Origin: an uncultured Alphaproteobacteria bacterium
GTDB lineage: Bacteria; Pseudomonadota; Alphaproteobacteria; HIMB59; GCA-002718135
DNA length: 64,000 nt
Direction: 5' to 3'
NCBI GenBank assembly: GCA_902623545.1
Contig: CACNUI010000004.1
Location: 36,860-100,859 of the forward strand
How positions within the stretch are numbered: position 1 is the first letter of the stretch; each line of letters begins with the position of its first letter. Shown here in pieces: positions 26,785 to 34,657 of this stretch. The position numbers and the translations under genes are program-made. The notes below the pieces were generated by a model, which was not told the DNA's origin, searched no databases, and saw only the letters and a program-made list of their open reading frames with translations.

Positions 26785-28134
26785 CTAGATTGAATGAAAG
26801 TTGTCTACACCAACAGTGTAATCAGTACCTGCTAAAGGAACTTTTGCAAGTGCTGAGGCTTCCATTGTTAGAGCAGCTAAATCTTCTGGTTCTAATGAGT
26901 GAATATTGGTTTTACCACATGCTCTAGCTAATAGCTGAGCTTCCAATGTCATAGAGTGTAAAAAATTATATACTCTTAATGCAGCATCATCTGGATTTAA
27001 TCTCTTTCTTAATTTTGGATCCTGAGTAGCAACACCAACTGGGCATCTCCCTGTATGACAGTGATAACAATCACCAGCTTCAACTCCAAGTTCTTTTTCA
27101 AAGTCTGCTTCCGGAATATCTTTGTTACAATTTAAAGCAACTAATGCAGCAGTACCTACAGAAATACAATCGGCGCCTAAAGCCAGAGCTTTTGCCATGT
27201 CAGCTCCATCTCTCAAACCACCTGCAAATATTAATGTAACATCTCCAGATTTTCCAACATCATCAAGTGCTCTTCTTGCTTCTCTAACAGCAGCAATACC
27301 TGGTATACCTGTATTTGCAGCAGCAATGTGAGGTCCTGCTCCAGTTGATCCCTCCATACAATCTAAATAAATTGAATCCGGATCGCATTTTGCAGCCATA
27401 CGAACATCATCATAAACTTTTGCAGCACCAAGTTTTAATTGAATTGGTACTTGATTGTCTGTTAATTCTCTTAATTCTTGAACCTTTAATGCTAGGTCAT
27501 CTGGACCGAGCCAATCTGGATGTCTTGCTGGTGAACGTTGGTCAATACCTGCTGGCAATGATCTCATTTCAGCTACCTGATCAGTAACTTTTTGACCCAT
27601 AAGGTGTCCACCCATACCAACTTTTTGACCTTGTCCAATAAATACTTCAATACCATCAGCTAGTTGTGCGTGATGAGGATTAAAGCCATATCTTGATTGA
27701 ATACATTGGTAATACCATTTATGTGAATATCTTCTTTCATCAGGTATCATTCCACCTTCACCAGAACACGTTGCGCTACCTGCCATCGTTGCGCCTCTAG
27801 CAAGTGCAGTTTTTGCTTCGTAAGAAAGCGCTCCAAAACTCATTGAAGTAATATATACTGGAATATCAAGCTCGATTGGATTTTTACATCTTGGACCAAT
27901 TACAGTTTTTGTTTCACATTTTTCTCTGTAACCTTCAATTACAAATCTGGTAAGAGTGCCTGGCAAGAAAGTAAGATCATCCCAATGTGGTATCTTTTTC
28001 ATTAAAGCCATACCACGCATACGATATCGACCTAATTCAGATTTAATATGGATATCGTTAATTACTTCAGGCGTAAATATTGCGTTACGTCCTAAAATAC
28101 TTTTATCTTGTTTTTTCTTTTTTTTACTTGCCAT
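26785..28134 (-). CDS. mgsC: Glutamate-synthase FMN-domain-like protein (N-methylglutamate synthase subunit C-like, GlxD type)
   Basis: GltB domain-2 blocks are SGEGGM, FAGGLRDGADMAKALALGAD and C-terminal CHTGRCPVGVATQDP. Operon context is with the GATase-II and GXGXG genes. Confidence 0.8.
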   Translation of the reverse strand: MASKKKKKQDKSILGRNAIFTPEVINDIHIKSELGRYRMRGMALMKKIPHWDDLTFLPGTLTRFVIEGYREKCETKTVIGPRCKNPIELDIPVYITSMSFGALSYEAKTALARGATMAGSATCSGEGGMIPDERRYSHKWYYQCIQSRYGFNPHHAQLADGIEVFIGQGQKVGMGGHLMGQKVTDQVAEMRSLPAGIDQRSPARHPDWLGPDDLALKVQELRELTDNQVPIQLKLGAAKVYDDVRMAAKCDPDSIYLDCMEGSTGAGPHIAAANTGIPGIAAVREARRALDDVGKSGDVTLIFAGGLRDGADMAKALALGADCISVGTAALVALNCNKDIPEADFEKELGVEAGDCYHCHTGRCPVGVATQDPKLRKRLNPDDAALRVYNFLHSMTLEAQLLARACGKTNIHSLEPEDLAALTMEASALAKVPLAGTDYTVGVDNFHSI

Positions 28135-28157
28135 TCCTAATTTCCTCCGTTTTAAAA

Positions 28158-29000
28158 TTAAATTGCACCTTTCCTCTCACTCGGTTCAAGATTATCGTAA
28201 TTCCATAATTTTTTACCAGAAACAATTTTTGTCATTTTTTTAAAATCAACTTTTTTATCAATTTCTGCGACTTTTAATTTTCTTTTTAACCAATCCACAT
28301 CAAGGTCAGTCATTTCAGCTTCAACAGCATCTGCTCCAAGAGATTTAATATTACCTCCAACAAAAATAGTTCCATCATAAAGTGAATCAGCTAGGTTCGG
28401 ACCAACATCTCCAAGTATAACAATTCTACCCCTTTGCATCATGAAACCAGTGAATGCACCGGCATCGCCACCAACAATAATTGTTCCGCCTTTCATATCT
28501 ATTCCAGATCTGGCACCAACACTTCCTTTACATATTAAGTCACCGCCTCTAATTGCAGCACCAAAACAAGAACCAGCATTTTTTTCTACAACAACTTTTC
28601 CAGCCATCATATTTTCAGCACATGACCATCCAACTCTTCCAGATATTCTAACATTAGGACCGTCAACAGAACCAATACCAAAATAACCAAGACTTCCCTC
28701 AACAATAAGATTTAGTTTATTAAGAATTCCAACACCTATACTATGCTTTGATCCTGGATTTTTAATAACTATAGTTCCATATCCTTGAGACATTAATTCC
28801 TTAATTTTTCTATTTATGTCTAAACATTCAATATCTTTTGCATCTATTTCTGTGCGTTTATTAAAGTCAACATCATAGGCATCATGATAGAAAAAATTTT
28901 CTGATTCCTCAGGGTTAAAAAAAACTTGCTGAGTGCGCCCTGTTAGCACTTCTTCATGAAGTCCCATTTCTGAAGATTTATGTCCTTTTATGCTTGCCAT
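28158..29000 (-). CDS. mgsB: GXGXG-motif glutamate-synthase domain-3-like protein (N-methylglutamate synthase subunit B-like, GlxC type)
   Basis: Repeated glycine-rich beta-helix motifs (GSLGYFGIGS, GDAGAFTGFMMQRGRIVILGDVG). Confidence 0.8.
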   Translation of the reverse strand: MASIKGHKSSEMGLHEEVLTGRTQQVFFNPEESENFFYHDAYDVDFNKRTEIDAKDIECLDINRKIKELMSQGYGTIVIKNPGSKHSIGVGILNKLNLIVEGSLGYFGIGSVDGPNVRISGRVGWSCAENMMAGKVVVEKNAGSCFGAAIRGGDLICKGSVGARSGIDMKGGTIIVGGDAGAFTGFMMQRGRIVILGDVGPNLADSLYDGTIFVGGNIKSLGADAVEAEMTDLDVDWLKRKLKVAEIDKKVDFKKMTKIVSGKKLWNYDNLEPSERKGAI

Positions 29001-29929
29001 ACTTTAACCTCACCTTCATATGGATCATATGTATCAATTTCAGTTGGCATGACACTACGAATTGCGACTTCCTCAGAAGCCAGCGCAACTAAATCATCAC
29101 TTTCATAAAGAACCATCGGTTTAGCGGCCATGGTGTCTTTGGCCATACCTAATTTGTCTTTTGTTGCAACTAAGTAAGTAAAAACACCGTCCAAATGTTC
29201 TAAAGATCCTCTCATTGCTTCTTCTAAATCCATACCCTCTCTAATTTTATCTGCCAGATATACTGCAATTAGTTCAGAATCACAGGAAGACAAGAAACGC
29301 ATTCCCTTTGCTTCAAGTGCTCTTCTATTGTTCCAATAATTTGTTAGCTGACCATTATGAACAACAGAAACATCACTAAAAGGGTAAGCCCAATATGGAT
29401 GTGCAGATCTTATATCGACACCTGACTCAGTTGCCATTCTTGTGTGACCAATTCCATGAGTGCCGGAAAATTGATTTAAGCTGTATTGATCAGCAACAAC
29501 TGATGCATCCCCAATATCCTTAATTAGTTCTAAAGATTTACCTAAAGATTGTATTTCAGTCTCCTCAACTGATTCAATTTTTTTTGCTAAATCTAATAAA
29601 TCACCATCATAAGAAATTACATATCTAAATGAATAGTCAGTAATTTTCTCATCATCATATATAGTAGCACCTACTTCATTTATTTTTTTATCAACTTCTT
29701 TTCTTCTGGCAGCATAAACACTTGGATCCTCTTTAACAGCAGTGGTACCTTCTTTAACATTTTCCCCTACCTTATATCTTAAAATATAATTATTAGACTC
29801 TCCTTCTCCATATAAAGCATAGCCCGTAGAGTCGGGTCCACGATGCTTCAGAGATTGAAGCATTTTTTGCATTTCTCCACCTACATTGTTTGAATTTCCT
29901 CTATGAATAATACCTGCTATTCCGCACAT
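28988..29929 (-). CDS. mgsA: Class-II (Ntn) glutamine amidotransferase-like protein (N-methylglutamate synthase subunit A-like, GlxB type)
   Basis: MCGIAGI N-terminal nucleophile Cys and the HTRMATES block. It overlaps the mgsB-like start by 13 nt. Confidence 0.8.
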   Translation of the reverse strand: MCGIAGIIHRGNSNNVGGEMQKMLQSLKHRGPDSTGYALYGEGESNNYILRYKVGENVKEGTTAVKEDPSVYAARRKEVDKKINEVGATIYDDEKITDYSFRYVISYDGDLLDLAKKIESVEETEIQSLGKSLELIKDIGDASVVADQYSLNQFSGTHGIGHTRMATESGVDIRSAHPYWAYPFSDVSVVHNGQLTNYWNNRRALEAKGMRFLSSCDSELIAVYLADKIREGMDLEEAMRGSLEHLDGVFTYLVATKDKLGMAKDTMAAKPMVLYESDDLVALASEEVAIRSVMPTEIDTYDPYEGEVKVWQA

Positions 29930-29947
29930 CTTTTTTATTCCTCTCTA

Positions 29948-31420
29948 CTATGGTAAAATATCTAAATAAGTATCAACATCCCACTGGGTTACTGCAGATA
30001 GGAATTTTTCCCATTCATCTTTTTTGTAATGCATAAATACTCTAAGCATTTCATCAGGAAGAGCAGATTTAATAGTTTCATCACTATCTAATCTGTCTAT
30101 AGCTTCCCCTAAAGTTAATGGTAACTTATCAACTTTTTTACCAGCTTTCATTGCTTCATAGATATTTTGTTTTTCAGGCTCTCCTGGATCCATATTCTTA
30201 TCTAAACCATCATCAAATGCTTTTAGAATGCCACCTCCTAGTAAATAAGGATTGTGTGAAGAATCAACTGATCTATACTCTACTCTACCTGGTGCAGAAA
30301 CACGAACACTACACGTTCTGTTTTGATAACCCCAATCTGCATAAACTGGAGCCCAAAAACCTGTATCCCATAACCTTCTGTAAGAATTAACCGTTGGTGA
30401 TCCAAGACAAGTAAGTGCTGGCAAATGATTTAGCATTCCAGCAATACTATTGAGTCCTACTGGGCCTGGCTTTACCGCATCAATTTTTGGATCAGGCATA
30501 AACATATTTTCTCCACCTGATATATGAGTAAATACTTGCTCCATACCAGGTAATGGATCATTACCTATTGGAGTGGATTTTAATTCTCCACCTTTCCAAA
30601 GTGACACATTAGTATGACATCCATTCGCAGATACGCCCATGAATGGCTTACTCATAAAACATGCTATTAAATTAAACTCTCTAGCAACTTGTGCACAAAT
30701 TTGTCTGTAAGTTGAAAGCCTATCTGCATTTCGAAGGACTTCATCATACATAAAGTTAAGCTCTAATTGTCCCGGGGCATCCTCGTGATCTCCTTGAATA
30801 ACATCTAATCCCATCGCACGAGAATATTCAATAACTTTCATATAAACTGGTCTTAATGATTCAAATTGATCAATGTGATAACAATAAGGTCTTGAGAAAC
30901 CGTCACCAGTAGGTTCACCATTATCTTTTTTTGTTAACCACATCATTTCAGGTTCAGTACCAGCTCTTAAATGCATTCCATGCTTGTTTTTAAACTCATC
31001 TTGAAAAATTTTTAAATTACCACGACAGTCTGAAGTAAGATGTCCTCCTGGATTGTCATCTTCTTCTCTATTTCTAAAGCACGTTACAAAAACTCTTGCT
31101 ATTCTTTTATCCCAAGGAAGTTGAACAAAAGTTTCAGGTTCAGGAATACCAACAAGCTCAGAAGCCTCTGGACCGTATCCTATATAATCTCCATGCCTAT
31201 CTATAAAGAGGTTTGCTGTAGCGCCGTATACTAATTGAAAGCCTTTTTCTGCGATAGACTCCCAATGATCAGCTGGAACACCTTTACCAACAATTCTTCC
31301 TGTAACAGAAATAAATTGGTAGTAAATGTATTCAATTTTTAAATCGTTAATTTTTTTTCTAACATCCTTAACAAGCTTGTCTCTTCCAGGCTGGTTAACA
31401 AATTTTTCTAAATCAGTCAT
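29948..31420 (-). CDS. gmaS: Glutamine-synthetase-family ligase (490 aa); gamma-glutamylmethylamide synthetase candidate by synteny
   Basis: GS blocks are EPEMMW, DHEDAPGQLELNF, NGCHTNVSLW, NSYRRL and RVEYRSVDSSHNPYL. It sits between the SoxB/MgdA-like gene and mgsA, as gmaS does in known methylamine clusters. Confidence 0.6.
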   Translation of the reverse strand: MTDLEKFVNQPGRDKLVKDVRKKINDLKIEYIYYQFISVTGRIVGKGVPADHWESIAEKGFQLVYGATANLFIDRHGDYIGYGPEASELVGIPEPETFVQLPWDKRIARVFVTCFRNREEDDNPGGHLTSDCRGNLKIFQDEFKNKHGMHLRAGTEPEMMWLTKKDNGEPTGDGFSRPYCYHIDQFESLRPVYMKVIEYSRAMGLDVIQGDHEDAPGQLELNFMYDEVLRNADRLSTYRQICAQVAREFNLIACFMSKPFMGVSANGCHTNVSLWKGGELKSTPIGNDPLPGMEQVFTHISGGENMFMPDPKIDAVKPGPVGLNSIAGMLNHLPALTCLGSPTVNSYRRLWDTGFWAPVYADWGYQNRTCSVRVSAPGRVEYRSVDSSHNPYLLGGGILKAFDDGLDKNMDPGEPEKQNIYEAMKAGKKVDKLPLTLGEAIDRLDSDETIKSALPDEMLRVFMHYKKDEWEKFLSAVTQWDVDTYLDILP

Positions 31421-31447
31421 ACTTTCCTCCCGTTTAACCTACTTGAT

Positions 31448-32794
31448 CTAACTCCAAGGAAATGGACTATTAGATGTAGGATGTAAATTTCCTTGTTCGT
31501 ATCTTGAAAATCTAAAAGGTTCTAGAAGTTTACTTTTTTCCCCCAATACCTCATCAGCAACAAGCTTACCAACTCCGATCATTTTATAACCATGATTTGA
31601 GTCTGCAATCAAGTAAACATTTTCTCTAAAAGTATCAAAAATAGGGAAAGAATCAGGAGTAAAACATCCTAATCCACCAGTTGCTCCCTTTTTAAATAAA
31701 TGAGATTTGCCTTCAAATCTTTTGTGGCAATGAGCTAAAGCTGATGTCCACATATGAGCAAAATGATCATCTAGAGTGAATTCTGAAGACTTAGGACCAT
31801 ATGGATCAACTAATACACCTTCTCCTCCAGCCTTACCAACCTTGTAAGGTGATGAACCGCCTTGAATACCATTAAAATGAAAATCAGGTTTGTAATAAAT
31901 TCCCCAAAGCTCATCAGTAATAAGTGATTTATCTACATCAGAATAAAGTGGCGCATCGGTATCTACATGAAGAACTGGTGGCATATTATCATCATCTGTT
32001 TTTAAAAAACCTGGCTCTACTCCAAGTACACCTTCTGTTAAAAACCAATATTGCCACATTGGAACATTGTTATGCATTTCACCTTTAGAATTTTTAATTG
32101 AAATTTGATTTGGCAAATCCATCATGTCCCAAAATGTTTTAACCCATGGCCCTGCTCCAACTATAACATGATCACATTTAATTAGACCTTTATCAGTCTC
32201 TATGCCAGTAACTGCATTTGAATTAGACCCAAATTCAAAACCTTTTACTTCTGTTCCAGTAAGAATTCGCACTCCTTCTGCTTCAGCTTTGTCGGCTAAT
32301 CCATAGATAGAAGAGGTATTATTTGCATACCCCCCTCTTTTTTCGTGAAGAACACTAGTGATACCTTGGGCTTGCCAATCACTAAAATATTTTTTCATGT
32401 ATTGTTCTGATTCTTTTTTTCCTTGAATAAATATAGAATCGTAACCAATATTTTTTTGTTGAGCATAAATTTCTGCAACATCATTTTCCATACATTCTGG
32501 GCTTATTTGCATGTATCCTACATCATGGTAGTGAAAATTTTTTGCATCACTCTCCCAAACCTCTACACACATTGCCATTAACTCTCTCATCGCAGGCTGA
32601 TAGTAATTATTTCTAATTACACCACATGCAATTCCACTTGCCCCTGCAGCAATGCTGTCTTTATCAATTACTAAAATTTTAGACCCATCACCTTTACCTT
32701 TAGCTTTCAATTTTGCAGCTAGGTGCCAAGCCGTACTTAATCCATGTATACCAGCTCCAATAATGGCATACTCAACTTTTGATGGTATCGACAT
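31448..32794 (-). CDS. FAD-dependent oxidoreductase, sarcosine oxidase beta / N-methylglutamate dehydrogenase subunit A-like
   Basis: YAIIGAGIHGLSTAWHLA dinucleotide fold and GACGVIRNNYY block typical of the SoxB family. It is the first gene of the operon. Confidence 0.7.
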   Translation of the reverse strand: MSIPSKVEYAIIGAGIHGLSTAWHLAAKLKAKGKGDGSKILVIDKDSIAAGASGIACGVIRNNYYQPAMRELMAMCVEVWESDAKNFHYHDVGYMQISPECMENDVAEIYAQQKNIGYDSIFIQGKKESEQYMKKYFSDWQAQGITSVLHEKRGGYANNTSSIYGLADKAEAEGVRILTGTEVKGFEFGSNSNAVTGIETDKGLIKCDHVIVGAGPWVKTFWDMMDLPNQISIKNSKGEMHNNVPMWQYWFLTEGVLGVEPGFLKTDDDNMPPVLHVDTDAPLYSDVDKSLITDELWGIYYKPDFHFNGIQGGSSPYKVGKAGGEGVLVDPYGPKSSEFTLDDHFAHMWTSALAHCHKRFEGKSHLFKKGATGGLGCFTPDSFPIFDTFRENVYLIADSNHGYKMIGVGKLVADEVLGEKSKLLEPFRFSRYEQGNLHPTSNSPFPWS

Positions 32795-32847
32795 TCTTAT
32801 ACTTCCTTTTTTAAAACATTTATTTTATAGATTTTGATGCTGAAAGG

Positions 32848-32872
32848 ATTTGTTTCATTAAATGAAACAAAT
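32848..32872. promoter_or_regulatory. Perfect 12+1+12 palindrome, candidate operator (or iclR terminator)
   Basis: ATTTGTTTCATT-A-AATGAAACAAAT is centred 66 nt upstream of the SoxB-like start and lies 22 nt after the iclR stop. Confidence 0.45.
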
Positions 32873-32893
32873 TAAAGATAAGCCTTTTAATCT

Positions 32894-33655
32894 CTAATTT
32901 TTAGTAAGCCTTTGAGAAATTTGTTTTGCTGTATTCATAACCTTGAGTGACAAATCTGGAATTGTTTTTAAGTTAATTGTACCTTTTGTTCCTGATATTG
33001 AGATTCCAGCTATAGCCCTTCCTTGTGAGTCAAGTATTGCAGAACCTATACCATGAATATAATCAAATGTTTCAGCTTCATTAATACTGAAACCTGACTT
33101 CCGTGATTTATTTAATTCTAAAATAAGTTTATCTAAAGAAGTAATTGTATTTTTTGTGTGCTTGTAAAGAGAATAGGTTTTATAAATATTTTTGAGTTCA
33201 TCTTTAGTTTTGAAAGATAAAATAGACTTACCTAATGCTGTACTATGAGCATCCTGTCTCATTCTAAAGGATCTTGGTGCATCATCCCCAGTTGGATCAA
33301 CCTTATCACAATAAACTATATGTGGTCCCTCTAAAACTGCAAGATATGTAATATGCTGGGTATCATAAGCAAGTTTTTTTATGTTTTCAAAACACGTTGT
33401 CGTTAAAGTTTTTAAAAAATCTGATTTATCACCAAAATCAAATATTTTGTGACCCAAAGAATATAAATTAGTTGATACATCTTTAAAAATATAACCTAAA
33501 CTTACAAGATATGTAAGAATACGAAATGCAGTTGCGCGGTCTAATTTAGTCATGGAAGCTACCTGACTAGCTTTAAGAGGTTTAGGAGATTTACCAACAC
33601 ACTCGATTATTACTAGTGCTTTTTTTATTGATCCACTTAAATAATTTCTTGTCAT
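32894..33655 (-). CDS. IclR-family transcriptional regulator
   Basis: N-terminal winged HTH (ASQVASMTKLDRATAFRILTYLVSLGY) and a C-terminal IclR effector-binding domain. Confidence 0.85.
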   Translation of the reverse strand: MTRNYLSGSIKKALVIIECVGKSPKPLKASQVASMTKLDRATAFRILTYLVSLGYIFKDVSTNLYSLGHKIFDFGDKSDFLKTLTTTCFENIKKLAYDTQHITYLAVLEGPHIVYCDKVDPTGDDAPRSFRMRQDAHSTALGKSILSFKTKDELKNIYKTYSLYKHTKNTITSLDKLILELNKSRKSGFSINEAETFDYIHGIGSAILDSQGRAIAGISISGTKGTINLKTIPDLSLKVMNTAKQISQRLTKN

Positions 33656-33717
33656 AATTTTATAAATTTTTAATTGTTAATAAACTATCTTTTGATTAAA
33701 TTAAATCATGTATTAAT

Positions 33718-34596
33718 TTGAATATGTACAAGAGAGAAATAAAAATAATACAAAAAGTACCAATTTTTAAAAAAATAAAAAAAATTGATAAAATTCATGG
33801 CGGTATTACAAATCAAAATTTTAAGGTTTCATTAATTAATAATAAAAGCTACTTTGTGAGAATTTGTAATGAAATTCCAGAACATCTAATTAAGAGAGAA
33901 AATGAAATAAATGCTAGTAATGCAGCTTCTAATATAGGCGCATCTCCTAAATTAATTTATTCAAATAATAAGTTATTAGTCTTTGATTTTATTCAAGGTA
34001 AAACTTTAAGCGAAAGAGATGTTCAAGAAAATATAATTGAACTTGTTACATTATTGAAAAAAGTTCACACAGAAATTCCAAAACAACTAAAAGGTGTATC
34101 TCAAATATTTTGGGTTTTTCATGTAATCAGACATTACAATAGTTTTTTGAATGACAATGAAAGTAAGTATAAAAAAATACTTAAAGACCTACTAATTAAA
34201 GCTGAAGAAATAGAAAGACGATCTGCACCTTTTGATATAGTCTACGGTCACAATGATTTATTAGCGGCTAATTTTATTAAAAAAAATAATAAATATCTTT
34301 TAGTTGATTGGGAATATGCTGGATATAATACACCGCTTTTTGATTTAGGGGGGTTAAGTTCAAATAATAACTTCAATACAAAACAGGAAAAATTAATGCT
34401 TGAAAATTATTTTGAAAATAAAATTTCTAATACTTTAATGCATAAATTTAATTGTATTAAAGCAGCATCTCTTTTGCGTGAAACAATGTGGAGCATGGTT
34501 GCAGAGATTATATCTAAAATTGATTTTGATTATAAAAGTTATACAGAACAGAATTTAGAGAATTTTTATCAAGCTTATAAAAACCTTAAATTTTGA
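33718..34596 (+). CDS. Choline/ethanolamine-kinase-family (APH-fold) kinase
   Basis: Brenner motif HNDLLAANFI and choline-kinase motif LVDWEYAGYN. The track start is a TTG; an ATG at 33724 is an alternative. Confidence 0.7.
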   Translation: MNMYKREIKIIQKVPIFKKIKKIDKIHGGITNQNFKVSLINNKSYFVRICNEIPEHLIKRENEINASNAASNIGASPKLIYSNNKLLVFDFIQGKTLSERDVQENIIELVTLLKKVHTEIPKQLKGVSQIFWVFHVIRHYNSFLNDNESKYKKILKDLLIKAEEIERRSAPFDIVYGHNDLLAANFIKKNNKYLLVDWEYAGYNTPLFDLGGLSSNNNFNTKQEKLMLENYFENKISNTLMHKFNCIKAASLLRETMWSMVAEIISKIDFDYKSYTEQNLENFYQAYKNLKF

Positions 34597-34657
34597 ATAT
34601 TTGAGATTTAATGTATTAAGATTTTATTATTCAATATATAGTAAATACAATAATTAA

